IMG/VR virus record: IMGVR_UViG_3300006921_000001
Length of the DNA stretch: 64,000 nt
Strand: one strand, 5' to 3'
DNA from: an uncultured virus (IMG/VR IMGVR_UViG_3300006921_000001)
Taxonomy: Duplodnaviria; Heunggongvirae; Uroviricota; Caudoviricetes
A program made the position numbers and the translations under genes. The notes beneath the pieces were generated by a model. That model saw nothing but the letters and a program-made list of their open reading frames with translations, was not told where the DNA came from and did no database searches. Below are positions 57,020 through 64,000 of this stretch, piece by piece; within the stretch, counting starts at the first letter, position 1; every line of letters begins with the position of its first letter.

Positions 57020-57595
57020 TCACCCATTATATGTTGCGTGTTTCTTCACGTCTTCACCGTTAAACCAACGTTGAACCCATTGTGCGCCATAACCTGCTGC
57101 TACTACTTGCATAAAATGAACGCCTGTAGCATCTCCTTCCCATGAATCACCTTGACATGAAAATGAACCATCAGGTCCAGCAGTAAACGATGAATATAAT
57201 TCAGGTCTTTCTAGTGATGAGATAAGAGCAGCATTTCTACCTTGTGCTCTAAGGTCTAACCACTTAATACCATCTGAACTGTATAGTGTTCGTCTAACCG
57301 CAAGATTGTCTGCACAACAAATAACTAGGTCGAAACCCTTTACTTGCTTTGCAGTTAGAACCTTGTATGGTTCTCCCTTTACAGTAGAGTATCTCTTATC
57401 CATAACATCAACCTTATGCTTTTCAACATCGTCTTCATCGAAGTTCTGATACGTTAGATTTTTTGTTTCGACTGTATCGGGGTCGAATGCTGTAATATCA
57501 TACAGCCCCGTTTTATCCAGTAGGGGTATTAGGAAACTCCCAATACCACCAGCACCTATAATCATAATCTTTCTCTTCTTATTCTTTCTAGCCAT
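57020..57595 (-). CDS. ThiF/MoeB/E1-like adenylating enzyme
   Basis: IIGAGGIGS, DPDTVETKNLTYQ, DLVICCADN, DLRAQG, FSCQ. Confidence 0.92.
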   Translation of the reverse strand: MARKNKKRKIMIIGAGGIGSFLIPLLDKTGLYDITAFDPDTVETKNLTYQNFDEDDVEKHKVDVMDKRYSTVKGEPYKVLTAKQVKGFDLVICCADNLAVRRTLYSSDGIKWLDLRAQGRNAALISSLERPELYSSFTAGPDGSFSCQGDSWEGDATGVHFMQVVAAGYGAQWVQRWFNGEDVKKHATYNG

Positions 57596-58232
57596 TTCTA
57601 ATCACCTTTAAATGTCTTTTCAAGCGTTGGAGGCTAACCCCCATTTTTTCACAGACCCGCGCTTGAGTCAAATCTGAATATTCGTAAAGAATAGCAGCAT
57701 ACAAGCCGCGTGTAACCGTGTAACGTTCTTCCATTTCTGTTAGGAACTTTTTTCCTGCTTCGGATAGTTCGTTACCAACAACTATTATTGGTCTAACATC
57801 AAACTCCTCAGCATTGTTTTCACGATAAAAGAAATGCTTAACCTTCTTTACATTGTTAAACACTTTATTTTTATTAACACCTATAAACGCACACATTTTA
57901 TGAATGTTATACTCGGCGTTAGATTTTTGTAATACGTAATATGCTACGGTTGTAAACCTAATATTCTGTTCCATGTTTCTAAAGAACAAATGTTTATTTA
58001 ATGTATTATATACTTTAATACATTCATTTCTGTAATCTTGCAAATCGAATTCATTCAATAATATATCAAGGGGTGCAAAATCACGATTTGTATTTGCGTG
58101 TAGATTTTGTGTCTTTTCAGTACGTATTGTAAATATTCGTGATACTGCAAGCAACCCACAATCTTCACACTCGTATAGGTTTACGATAGGAACATACTTT
58201 AAATTTGTAGAGTCACAATTTTCACATGGCAT
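57588..58232 (-). CDS. transcription factor B (TFIIB)-like protein
   Basis: N-terminal Zn ribbon CENC..CEDCG, two cyclin-like repeats, C-terminal HTH LTQARVCEKMGVS. Confidence 0.75.
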   Translation of the reverse strand: MPCENCDSTNLKYVPIVNLYECEDCGLLAVSRIFTIRTEKTQNLHANTNRDFAPLDILLNEFDLQDYRNECIKVYNTLNKHLFFRNMEQNIRFTTVAYYVLQKSNAEYNIHKMCAFIGVNKNKVFNNVKKVKHFFYRENNAEEFDVRPIIVVGNELSEAGKKFLTEMEERYTVTRGLYAAILYEYSDLTQARVCEKMGVSLQRLKRHLKVIRNG

Positions 58233-59379
58233 CCCACTTGAACCGCCCTGCTAACTTTTCGTCCTCTTCTATATTACTAAGATACCGTCTTACAGTACTA
58301 ACATACGAACCTAGAACATTATCATTCATTACAGCCATAGCGCGAGCAGCGTATTGGTCTCCTTTAGCCGCACCACTCATCATATTATCAATACAGATTG
58401 GGCCTACTAAACCAGTTCCCTTTTCAACCTTTAGTTTGTTTGACTTTACTAAATCCGTATTATTGTTGCCTGCTTGTAACATATATGTTGATACATCTTG
58501 AATACCCTGCTTCATACCATTGTCTGCAATAATCCAATCCGTTAACTTACCACGTATTGCTAGGGCCAACTCAGCCTTCTCATGTCTAGGACTCTTGAAC
58601 TTAATCAGTTTAACCTGCTTATAGTTCTTAGCCATATCTTGTAGTAGTTCCATAGCACGTTTCTCTACATTTTCTGCTTGGCGGTTTTGCATAACGAACG
58701 CCTTAATAACCGCTATTTGTGCATCGGATGCTTTTTTGCCACTGAGAACATATACTAGTTCTTCAGGACTAATAGCATAATACCTACCTCGCCTGTCATC
58801 CTTGAGATAACTATTAACAAACTGCTTTAGATGCTTCAAGGATATATCATACCAAAAAGCATTATTTAGTTCTAATGCAAAGTCCTCCGGCCCTACTTGA
58901 GCAACGTTTAACCTACATTCACGAATATCGCCATTATCGTCAATAAACTTATATGGCACTCGGTTCTCAAGAACATAACTTAGTTCCATAGGCATTTTGA
59001 TACAACGTTCCATATAGTCACGTAGTTGTTTTTGCCCTTCCTTTGAAATTTCTGTATACACTGACCTCATTAGGGTTCTAGTTATTACATTTATTATATC
59101 CCCAAAATTATGGGTAATCATATTTAGTGAGTATCTTCGATTGTCCTTACGAAGTAACATCTTGAAACCCTTTACATCTATTAGGCAAGCACCATCTTCT
59201 TTGGCCGCTCTACCTATAGTTGAATTTACAACATTTTTTACTGCTAGAAATATCGGGTCTTCCCCACGGTCATTTCTTCGGTGTCTGCTAGGATAAACGG
59301 TGTATTCACCATCTACTCCCCCTACTATGATATTAGTGTATGTATTATAATCACTAGGACTTCTAATCCTAATATTCAT
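58222..59379 (-). CDS. hypothetical protein, C-terminal domain with GPICID Cys motif
   Basis: 385 aa ORF; AIRGKLTDW..GPICIDN..GDQYAARAMAVMND. Confidence 0.7.
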   Translation of the reverse strand: MNIRIRSPSDYNTYTNIIVGGVDGEYTVYPSRHRRNDRGEDPIFLAVKNVVNSTIGRAAKEDGACLIDVKGFKMLLRKDNRRYSLNMITHNFGDIINVITRTLMRSVYTEISKEGQKQLRDYMERCIKMPMELSYVLENRVPYKFIDDNGDIRECRLNVAQVGPEDFALELNNAFWYDISLKHLKQFVNSYLKDDRRGRYYAISPEELVYVLSGKKASDAQIAVIKAFVMQNRQAENVEKRAMELLQDMAKNYKQVKLIKFKSPRHEKAELALAIRGKLTDWIIADNGMKQGIQDVSTYMLQAGNNNTDLVKSNKLKVEKGTGLVGPICIDNMMSGAAKGDQYAARAMAVMNDNVLGSYVSTVRRYLSNIEEDEKLAGRFKWDAM

Positions 59380-59630
59380 TATACATTTTCCTCCATTTGT
59401 ATCTGTTCTAGTAGAACTCCATCACATAATTCGTTTAACTTATCAGCAAGGCTTTCGCAAATACCGGGAATTGTTTTCCTTTGTAGGCCCAACCATACCT
59501 TATGATGTAAGTTCATCACTACTATAGGTATAAGTTCTTCATCATCATACTTGATAATTACTGGTGGTAGTTCTTCATCATTTACCATTCTGAATTCTAC
59601 TGTCTTCCTAGTTCTTGGGGCCATATTCAT
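59379..59630 (-). CDS. hypothetical protein
   Basis: Coupled ORF. Confidence 0.65.
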   Translation of the reverse strand: MNMAPRTRKTVEFRMVNDEELPPVIIKYDDEELIPIVVMNLHHKVWLGLQRKTIPGICESLADKLNELCDGVLLEQIQMEENV

Positions 59631-59953
59631 TCCTTCACTTCCGGCTTTGGTCCTGTCTTGATAACCTGACGGCTAACAATTACGTGAGGGAACTTCTCAA
59701 TTAGAATGGGCATAATCTCATTCCAATCTACCTTTTCATCATACTGCTTTGTCCAAACACTTCCGTTTGTCTTTAGCGACGTTAGGCGATATACTACCTT
59801 CTCGTTCGTTGTTGCGCCCATATCACCTAATAGGGATAGGCTGTCTGCATCAATCTTCATTCCTGCGTTTTGCATTTTCATCATTTCTTCCATATTCATT
59901 TTTTTCACTTCCATTGTGTTTACCGGCTTAAATATCACACGACCCGCCAGCAC
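59627..59953 (-). CDS. hypothetical protein
   Basis: ORF after RNR; true start probably an internal Met near 59898. Confidence 0.6.
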   Translation of the reverse strand: MLAGRVIFKPVNTMEVKKMNMEEMMKMQNAGMKIDADSLSLLGDMGATTNEKVVYRLTSLKTNGSVWTKQYDEKVDWNEIMPILIEKFPHVIVSRQVIKTGPKPEVKE

Positions 59954-61793
59954 AAGCGGGAGAACCGCTTAGGTCAGTGTTATCCTCAGATTCATATACT
60001 TGTGTTAAATCAACACTAGTAAGTGACTCCATCATCTCACGATATTTGAGGACATTCGTGGACTCAAATGGAGCCTGTATATATGTTCCACCATCATAAG
60101 GTAGAACAGATAAACCATTGTAGAACTTTCTATTATTCCACATCCAGTTTCCAACATCTTCCCATTCGTCTTCACGAATAGATACTGTTGCTGAAACATT
60201 GTGGGTATTCATCCCGTCATTATGACCGGTTCTTACCCAATTTTCTGCGAACCACTTTACTCTTTCTAACAAAGAGATAGCAGGTTCAGTTCTAAGTGTT
60301 GCACCATCAGGTGCGCGTTGGGGAATACCAATTACCGCTTCTAAGTGCGGTTTAAAGTGGTCATCCTCAATTAATTCTGGGTGATTATTCACCAAATAAC
60401 TGTATATTGCCTCGGTCTTTCCTACTCTAACACGACGAACATAATGTTTATCGTGCCAAGCATGAATACCAGAACTAGTTCCTAAAACTAGAGAAGTAGT
60501 TCCTGCAGGTTTAATACAAGTTGTTCTTGCTGCTATATTAATTCCGATTTTTTCAGCATATAACTTATTAGTTGCTCGGACTAAATTGGCAGCGTATTCT
60601 AAATCTAAGCCTTTAACAGCATTAGACGCTATTCCAGTCATAGATACTCCAAGTAGAGCATCCTTTTCTGTTGTTTGCTTCCATATATCTCTAAGATAGT
60701 GGAAATCTGTATATCCTGCCTGTAAAGTTCCTAAGAACGCGGCATTGGCTACTCTTGAATTTAGGTCAGTTTGGTCCTTTACATCAGAAACATTCACTTC
60801 TGTAAGGTTACAGAACTGATAAGGTCTTAATGCAATCTCACAACATGGGTTAGTTCCCCAATCCTTATCATGAGATAAATAGATTCCCGGTTCTCCTGAA
60901 CCTGAATCTTTAATGCGTTGCCAAAGACCCATAAACATAGCCTTTCGTAATCTACTACGAATTAATACAGCAGAGTTATTAGCCCTACCGCGTTGTGGGT
61001 TTTGTTCCCACCATGCTCCTGATTTACAGGAAATCATATCATCATCATCAGCACTGAATAAACTAATCAATGCTGCCCTACGAATACCACCTGCTAATAC
61101 TGAATCAGCAATATAACACATAATATCATGTGCTTCTAGAGTAGTAAGTTTTGAACCGTGCTCTTTCTCAGTTAAAATATTTTCAATCTTCACCAAGCAT
61201 TCTCTAAGTGGTGTTGGTCCCGGTGCGCGACCTCCTGATGTTTTAAGTAGAGTTCCCTTTGCCCGAATATCTGAGTAATCAAATACGGGGGTTGTTTTGT
61301 AGTTGCCAAAATATGACTTCATTAATACTTTTACTGCATCGGCCCACCCTTCAATTGAGTCACCAATGAGATACCTCCGGGTTCTCTTATTATTAGGTTT
61401 AACTATCTCAGGTAGTTGTTCGATATGGTGCTTCTGCACGGAATATCCTACACCTGTTCCACCAAGTAATAAGAACATTGCCTCCCAAAAGGAATCAATA
61501 GAATCAATTGGTAGGTAGGCGCAGTTGTAAACTCTGTTCGGACTCACCTCAATTGGCTTACCGGCAAATTGCATACTTCGCATTGAGGGCAATATCTTTT
61601 TTGTTACTACATAATCATTGTAGCAGTGCTGTATCTCCTCCTTTAAATGCGGGTACTTTTTAATATGCATCTGCATATTACGGTCACATATCTCTGACCA
61701 TGTTTCTCTCCTAAATTCCGTTGGCTCAAACTTTGCATATTTCATATGCACTATTATATCACTTAATATTTCTTGACTTATATCCATCAACAC
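59928..61793 (-). CDS. nrdJ: class II (B12-dependent) ribonucleotide reductase
   Basis: PSMRSM, YNCAY, GGIRRAALISL, TNPCCEI, FCNLTE, KPAGTTS, C-terminal CAGGSC; no beta subunit nearby. Confidence 0.93.
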   Translation of the reverse strand: MLMDISQEILSDIIVHMKYAKFEPTEFRRETWSEICDRNMQMHIKKYPHLKEEIQHCYNDYVVTKKILPSMRSMQFAGKPIEVSPNRVYNCAYLPIDSIDSFWEAMFLLLGGTGVGYSVQKHHIEQLPEIVKPNNKRTRRYLIGDSIEGWADAVKVLMKSYFGNYKTTPVFDYSDIRAKGTLLKTSGGRAPGPTPLRECLVKIENILTEKEHGSKLTTLEAHDIMCYIADSVLAGGIRRAALISLFSADDDDMISCKSGAWWEQNPQRGRANNSAVLIRSRLRKAMFMGLWQRIKDSGSGEPGIYLSHDKDWGTNPCCEIALRPYQFCNLTEVNVSDVKDQTDLNSRVANAAFLGTLQAGYTDFHYLRDIWKQTTEKDALLGVSMTGIASNAVKGLDLEYAANLVRATNKLYAEKIGINIAARTTCIKPAGTTSLVLGTSSGIHAWHDKHYVRRVRVGKTEAIYSYLVNNHPELIEDDHFKPHLEAVIGIPQRAPDGATLRTEPAISLLERVKWFAENWVRTGHNDGMNTHNVSATVSIREDEWEDVGNWMWNNRKFYNGLSVLPYDGGTYIQAPFESTNVLKYREMMESLTSVDLTQVYESEDNTDLSGSPACAGGSCDI

Positions 61794-62275
61794 ACCTTCA
61801 TTAAATTGTCTATCTCACGAAGATAATCTCCGTTTTGTACAAGAACCCAAGACCGGACTTCAATCCATTCAAATTCATTCCAGTCCTTTAGTGCTTCCCA
61901 CCCATATGAATTTATGAGGTTCCACATACTATTGTATTCTTGTTTCTTATAGGCAACTTTGAGGTCTCCACAACTAATTAATTCTTTGTTCCGTATACCT
62001 CTTCCTAGCACTATTCCCTCGTCGTAAAAGTTGGGATTTAATAGCACTAAGTCGCTATCATTGAAACGGGGATGAAACTCATAAAGGTTTCTACCGCCCA
62101 AAGGTTTTAACTTCATAATCTGTAGTATTCTATCCAAGATATAGTCATATGTAATATCGTCGGATAGGTGTCCTAACCCTAGTTCTTCTAAATCTTCATT
62201 TTCCATATATTTTCTCCCTAAATAATTGGTCGGGCGTTGGAAACCATTCAGGTCGCCCATTACGCCAAGTAGCAA
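61787..62275 (-). CDS. hypothetical protein
   Basis: ORF in operon; start probably at internal MENEDL. Confidence 0.6.
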   Translation of the reverse strand: MLLGVMGDLNGFQRPTNYLGRKYMENEDLEELGLGHLSDDITYDYILDRILQIMKLKPLGGRNLYEFHPRFNDSDLVLLNPNFYDEGIVLGRGIRNKELISCGDLKVAYKKQEYNSMWNLINSYGWEALKDWNEFEWIEVRSWVLVQNGDYLREIDNLMKVC

Positions 62276-62753
62276 ATCGCCACTTATCTATTCTGTAATA
62301 TTCCTTATATGCTTCTATAGTACATGGGAATAATTCTTCATCCAACAAATGTGGATAAATGTCTTTTTTAATTGCTCTAGCGAAAGGAGTAAGACCTTCG
62401 TTATCAAACTCAGCATTTTGCAGCCATTTTGATACATCTTTATCAATCTCTCGCATAAGACGTTCTACTTTGTGTTGTTTCTTATAACGACCTGTATATT
62501 CGTCGCATAATGCCCAAGTATTATCCCACAACCATTGAAAGTTTTCTCTTGATTGTCTACCCCATACTGTAGATGGGTGAATAGCCATACCGCGTGAAAG
62601 TTTCTTCCAAACAATTTTGTCCGCAGGAAATCCTAACTCATGTAAATTATGTGAAATCATTTGAAATCCCTCTGTTGGCATCTTGACTACGTGTTTATCA
62701 CAACATAAACTAGCCGCTTGCATTGGGTCTTCATGTAAAAAGAATATATTCAT
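62196..62753 (-). CDS. pyrimidine dimer DNA glycosylase/endonuclease V-like protein
   Basis: MNIFFL..DKHVVKM..E..Q, HPSTVW, EYTGRY..H, AYKEYY..DK. Confidence 0.75.
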   Translation of the reverse strand: MNIFFLHEDPMQAASLCCDKHVVKMPTEGFQMISHNLHELGFPADKIVWKKLSRGMAIHPSTVWGRQSRENFQWLWDNTWALCDEYTGRYKKQHKVERLMREIDKDVSKWLQNAEFDNEGLTPFARAIKKDIYPHLLDEELFPCTIEAYKEYYRIDKWRFATWRNGRPEWFPTPDQLFREKIYGK

Positions 62754-62842
62754 TCTTCCTCACCACCCGTTTTAGCATATTTGTGACTCATTTGTTCTCG
62801 ACGTAATTGTCTATCATACATTTCATATTCTTCTTCATTCAT
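62750..62842 (-). CDS. 30-aa microprotein, absent from ORF track
   Basis: MNEEEYEMYDRQLRREQMSHKYAKTGGEEE; ATGA overlaps at both ends. Confidence 0.6.
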   Translation of the reverse strand: MNEEEYEMYDRQLRREQMSHKYAKTGGEEE

Positions 62843-62994
62843 TCTTCTTCATCCTCCTCTTTTATGTTTAAGTGTGATATAATTTGGTCTACGAGGTCGG
62901 CCTGACTATTGATAACATCCATAATCCATTTAGTATGACCAATAAAGAAAGCAAATAAAACCACAAGATTAATTACTATATATTCATAATCCAT
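62839..62994 (-). CDS. small single-TM membrane protein
   Basis: MDYEYIVINLVVLFAFFIG...; start revised to 62994. Confidence 0.6.
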   Translation of the reverse strand: MDYEYIVINLVVLFAFFIGHTKWIMDVINSQADLVDQIISHLNIKEEDEEE

Positions 62995-63070
62995 TGTTAC
63001 ACTTCCTACAGGAACCGATACGATACCAATTACCGCACTTATCACATTGACTGGGTATTGCTCCACACAT
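62984..63070 (-). CDS. Cys-rich Zn-finger microprotein (28 aa), absent from ORF track
   Basis: MCGAIPSQCDKCGNWYRIGSCRKCNNGL; TAATG-coupled, AGGAGG RBS. Confidence 0.65.
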   Translation of the reverse strand: MCGAIPSQCDKCGNWYRIGSCRKCNNGL

Positions 63071-63159
63071 TATCCCATCCTCCTAGAACACGGCATACAG
63101 AACTTCTCAGAGTATGAGAATACTGGATTCATGCAATTTTTATTCTTGCACAGTTTCAT
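63070..63159 (-). CDS. Cys4 Zn-finger microprotein (29 aa), absent from ORF track
   Basis: MKLCKNKNCMNPVFSYSEKFCMPCSRRMG; ATGA/TAATG-coupled. Confidence 0.7.
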   Translation of the reverse strand: MKLCKNKNCMNPVFSYSEKFCMPCSRRMG

Positions 63160-63428
63160 TCTGTAATCTCCCATTGTCCGTCGTCGTATACTATACTTGC
63201 ATTAAGTAGGTCAATATTCTCGAAATACATTCTAGGCGACCATCTAAAATTGTGTGCTCTTTGCATAGCACCAAATTGACGTTCTAACCATTCAATATAC
63301 TCAAGGATAACCATTCCATCAGTAATAACACTAGCCGGGTAAGGCCAAGTGCAAGAAGTATTAGTACAAATACCATCTCCATCTTCATCTCTTTTAGTTT
63401 CCCATGCACATCTAGGACATTTATTCAT
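63156..63428 (-). CDS. Zn-ribbon protein
   Basis: CPRC..CTNTSC. Confidence 0.65.
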   Translation of the reverse strand: MNKCPRCAWETKRDEDGDGICTNTSCTWPYPASVITDGMVILEYIEWLERQFGAMQRAHNFRWSPRMYFENIDLLNASIVYDDGQWEITE

Positions 63429-63711
63429 AATTTCGCCTCCATACTGTTAATCTTGCTACGTTATCCACGTCTGTCTTCCAACCTTTAAGATACATTCTTA
63501 GGAATTGACCAAATCGCACCTTGTTAGTTCTCAACTTCAAAGTGTGAACTTTAGCACTACCTGCATTTCCACAGTGTTTAGCATACAATTTCTCATATGT
63601 GTCGCACACTTCTTTCATTATTTCATCAGAAGACAGCATTTCTTCCCTGTCTTCAGCAACTGTTAATACAGCCTTTCTCATTAATTCTCTATTTGTCTTT
63701 TTTCCTGCCAT
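63421..63711 (-). CDS. hypothetical protein
   Basis: TAATG-coupled basic ORF. Confidence 0.6.
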   Translation of the reverse strand: MAGKKTNRELMRKAVLTVAEDREEMLSSDEIMKEVCDTYEKLYAKHCGNAGSAKVHTLKLRTNKVRFGQFLRMYLKGWKTDVDNVARLTVWRRNYE

Positions 63712-63983
63712 TATAAAACACTCCTGCTCAATTTATGTGACTTTTCGTCAGAATATTTCTTTTCAAATCGAAAAAGTCGGTAAAGTTCTCGCCTACGGAG
63801 TTCTTTACTGATAATTCTGTCAAGATATTCTTTTTTATACATTCTGAGGTCATTATTATTCGCATAATCTCTCAAAGTATGGTGTTTAGGCAAACTTTGC
63901 AAGTATTCTGTATTACTTATGTGTTTATGCATCATTCTTCCTCCATTACGTATGGTGACTTCATAAAAGGTACTTTTACCCAT
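63711..63983 (-). CDS. hypothetical basic protein
   Basis: ORF with AGGT RBS. Confidence 0.6.
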   Translation of the reverse strand: MGKSTFYEVTIRNGGRMMHKHISNTEYLQSLPKHHTLRDYANNNDLRMYKKEYLDRIISKELRRRELYRLFRFEKKYSDEKSHKLSRSVL

Positions 63984-64000
63984 GTGAGACCTAACGGTTT

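Noticed and set aside
57020..57595. Thiamine or molybdopterin biosynthesis gene
   Set aside because: No ThiS/MoaD, ThiG or MoaE in the window; JAB context favours protein conjugation
1..64000. Integrated provirus boundary or alternative genetic code
   Set aside because: No integrase, att-like repeat or host genes seen; genes tile densely in the standard code with all three stops used

Overview
The whole window is part of a tailed dsDNA virus genome (Caudoviricetes) with archaeal signatures: GGTGA-type ribosome-binding sites, TTTATA boxes about 31 nt before ATGs, family B DNA polymerase with a C-terminal PIP box, a PriS/PriL-type primase, a TFB-like factor and a histone-fold protein. Gene content and order most resemble magroviruses of marine group II Euryarchaeota (Poseidoniales); this host assignment is inferred from content, not searched. 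Bases 1-39668 (+) are the morphogenesis arm: terminase, LAGLIDADG protein, portal, an ATP-dependent ligase inside the head module, protease/scaffold, major capsid protein, adaptor, long tail tube, chaperone with -1 frameshift, tape measure, tail tip, fibre and adhesin. Bases 39752-64000 (-) are the replication/early arm: exonuclease, AAA+ helicase, XPF nuclease, primase, Cas4-like nuclease, PolB, clamp, recombinase, SSB, second ligase, histone fold, JAB and E1-like genes, TFB, class II RNR and many Zn-finger microproteins. The arms converge on a hairpin/U-tract terminator. Main leads: (1) five unrelated orphan proteins share an N-terminal M(x)WxxI[LIV]K-like tag matching likely prohead-protease sites, a candidate capsid-targeting cargo system; (2) a head-module ligase plus LAGLIDADG nuclease, possibly virion-delivered; (3) a viral E1/JAB/possible-E2 ubiquitin-like module beside histone and TFB genes; (4) several structured non-coding elements. 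All product calls come from motifs read by eye; no database searches were run.
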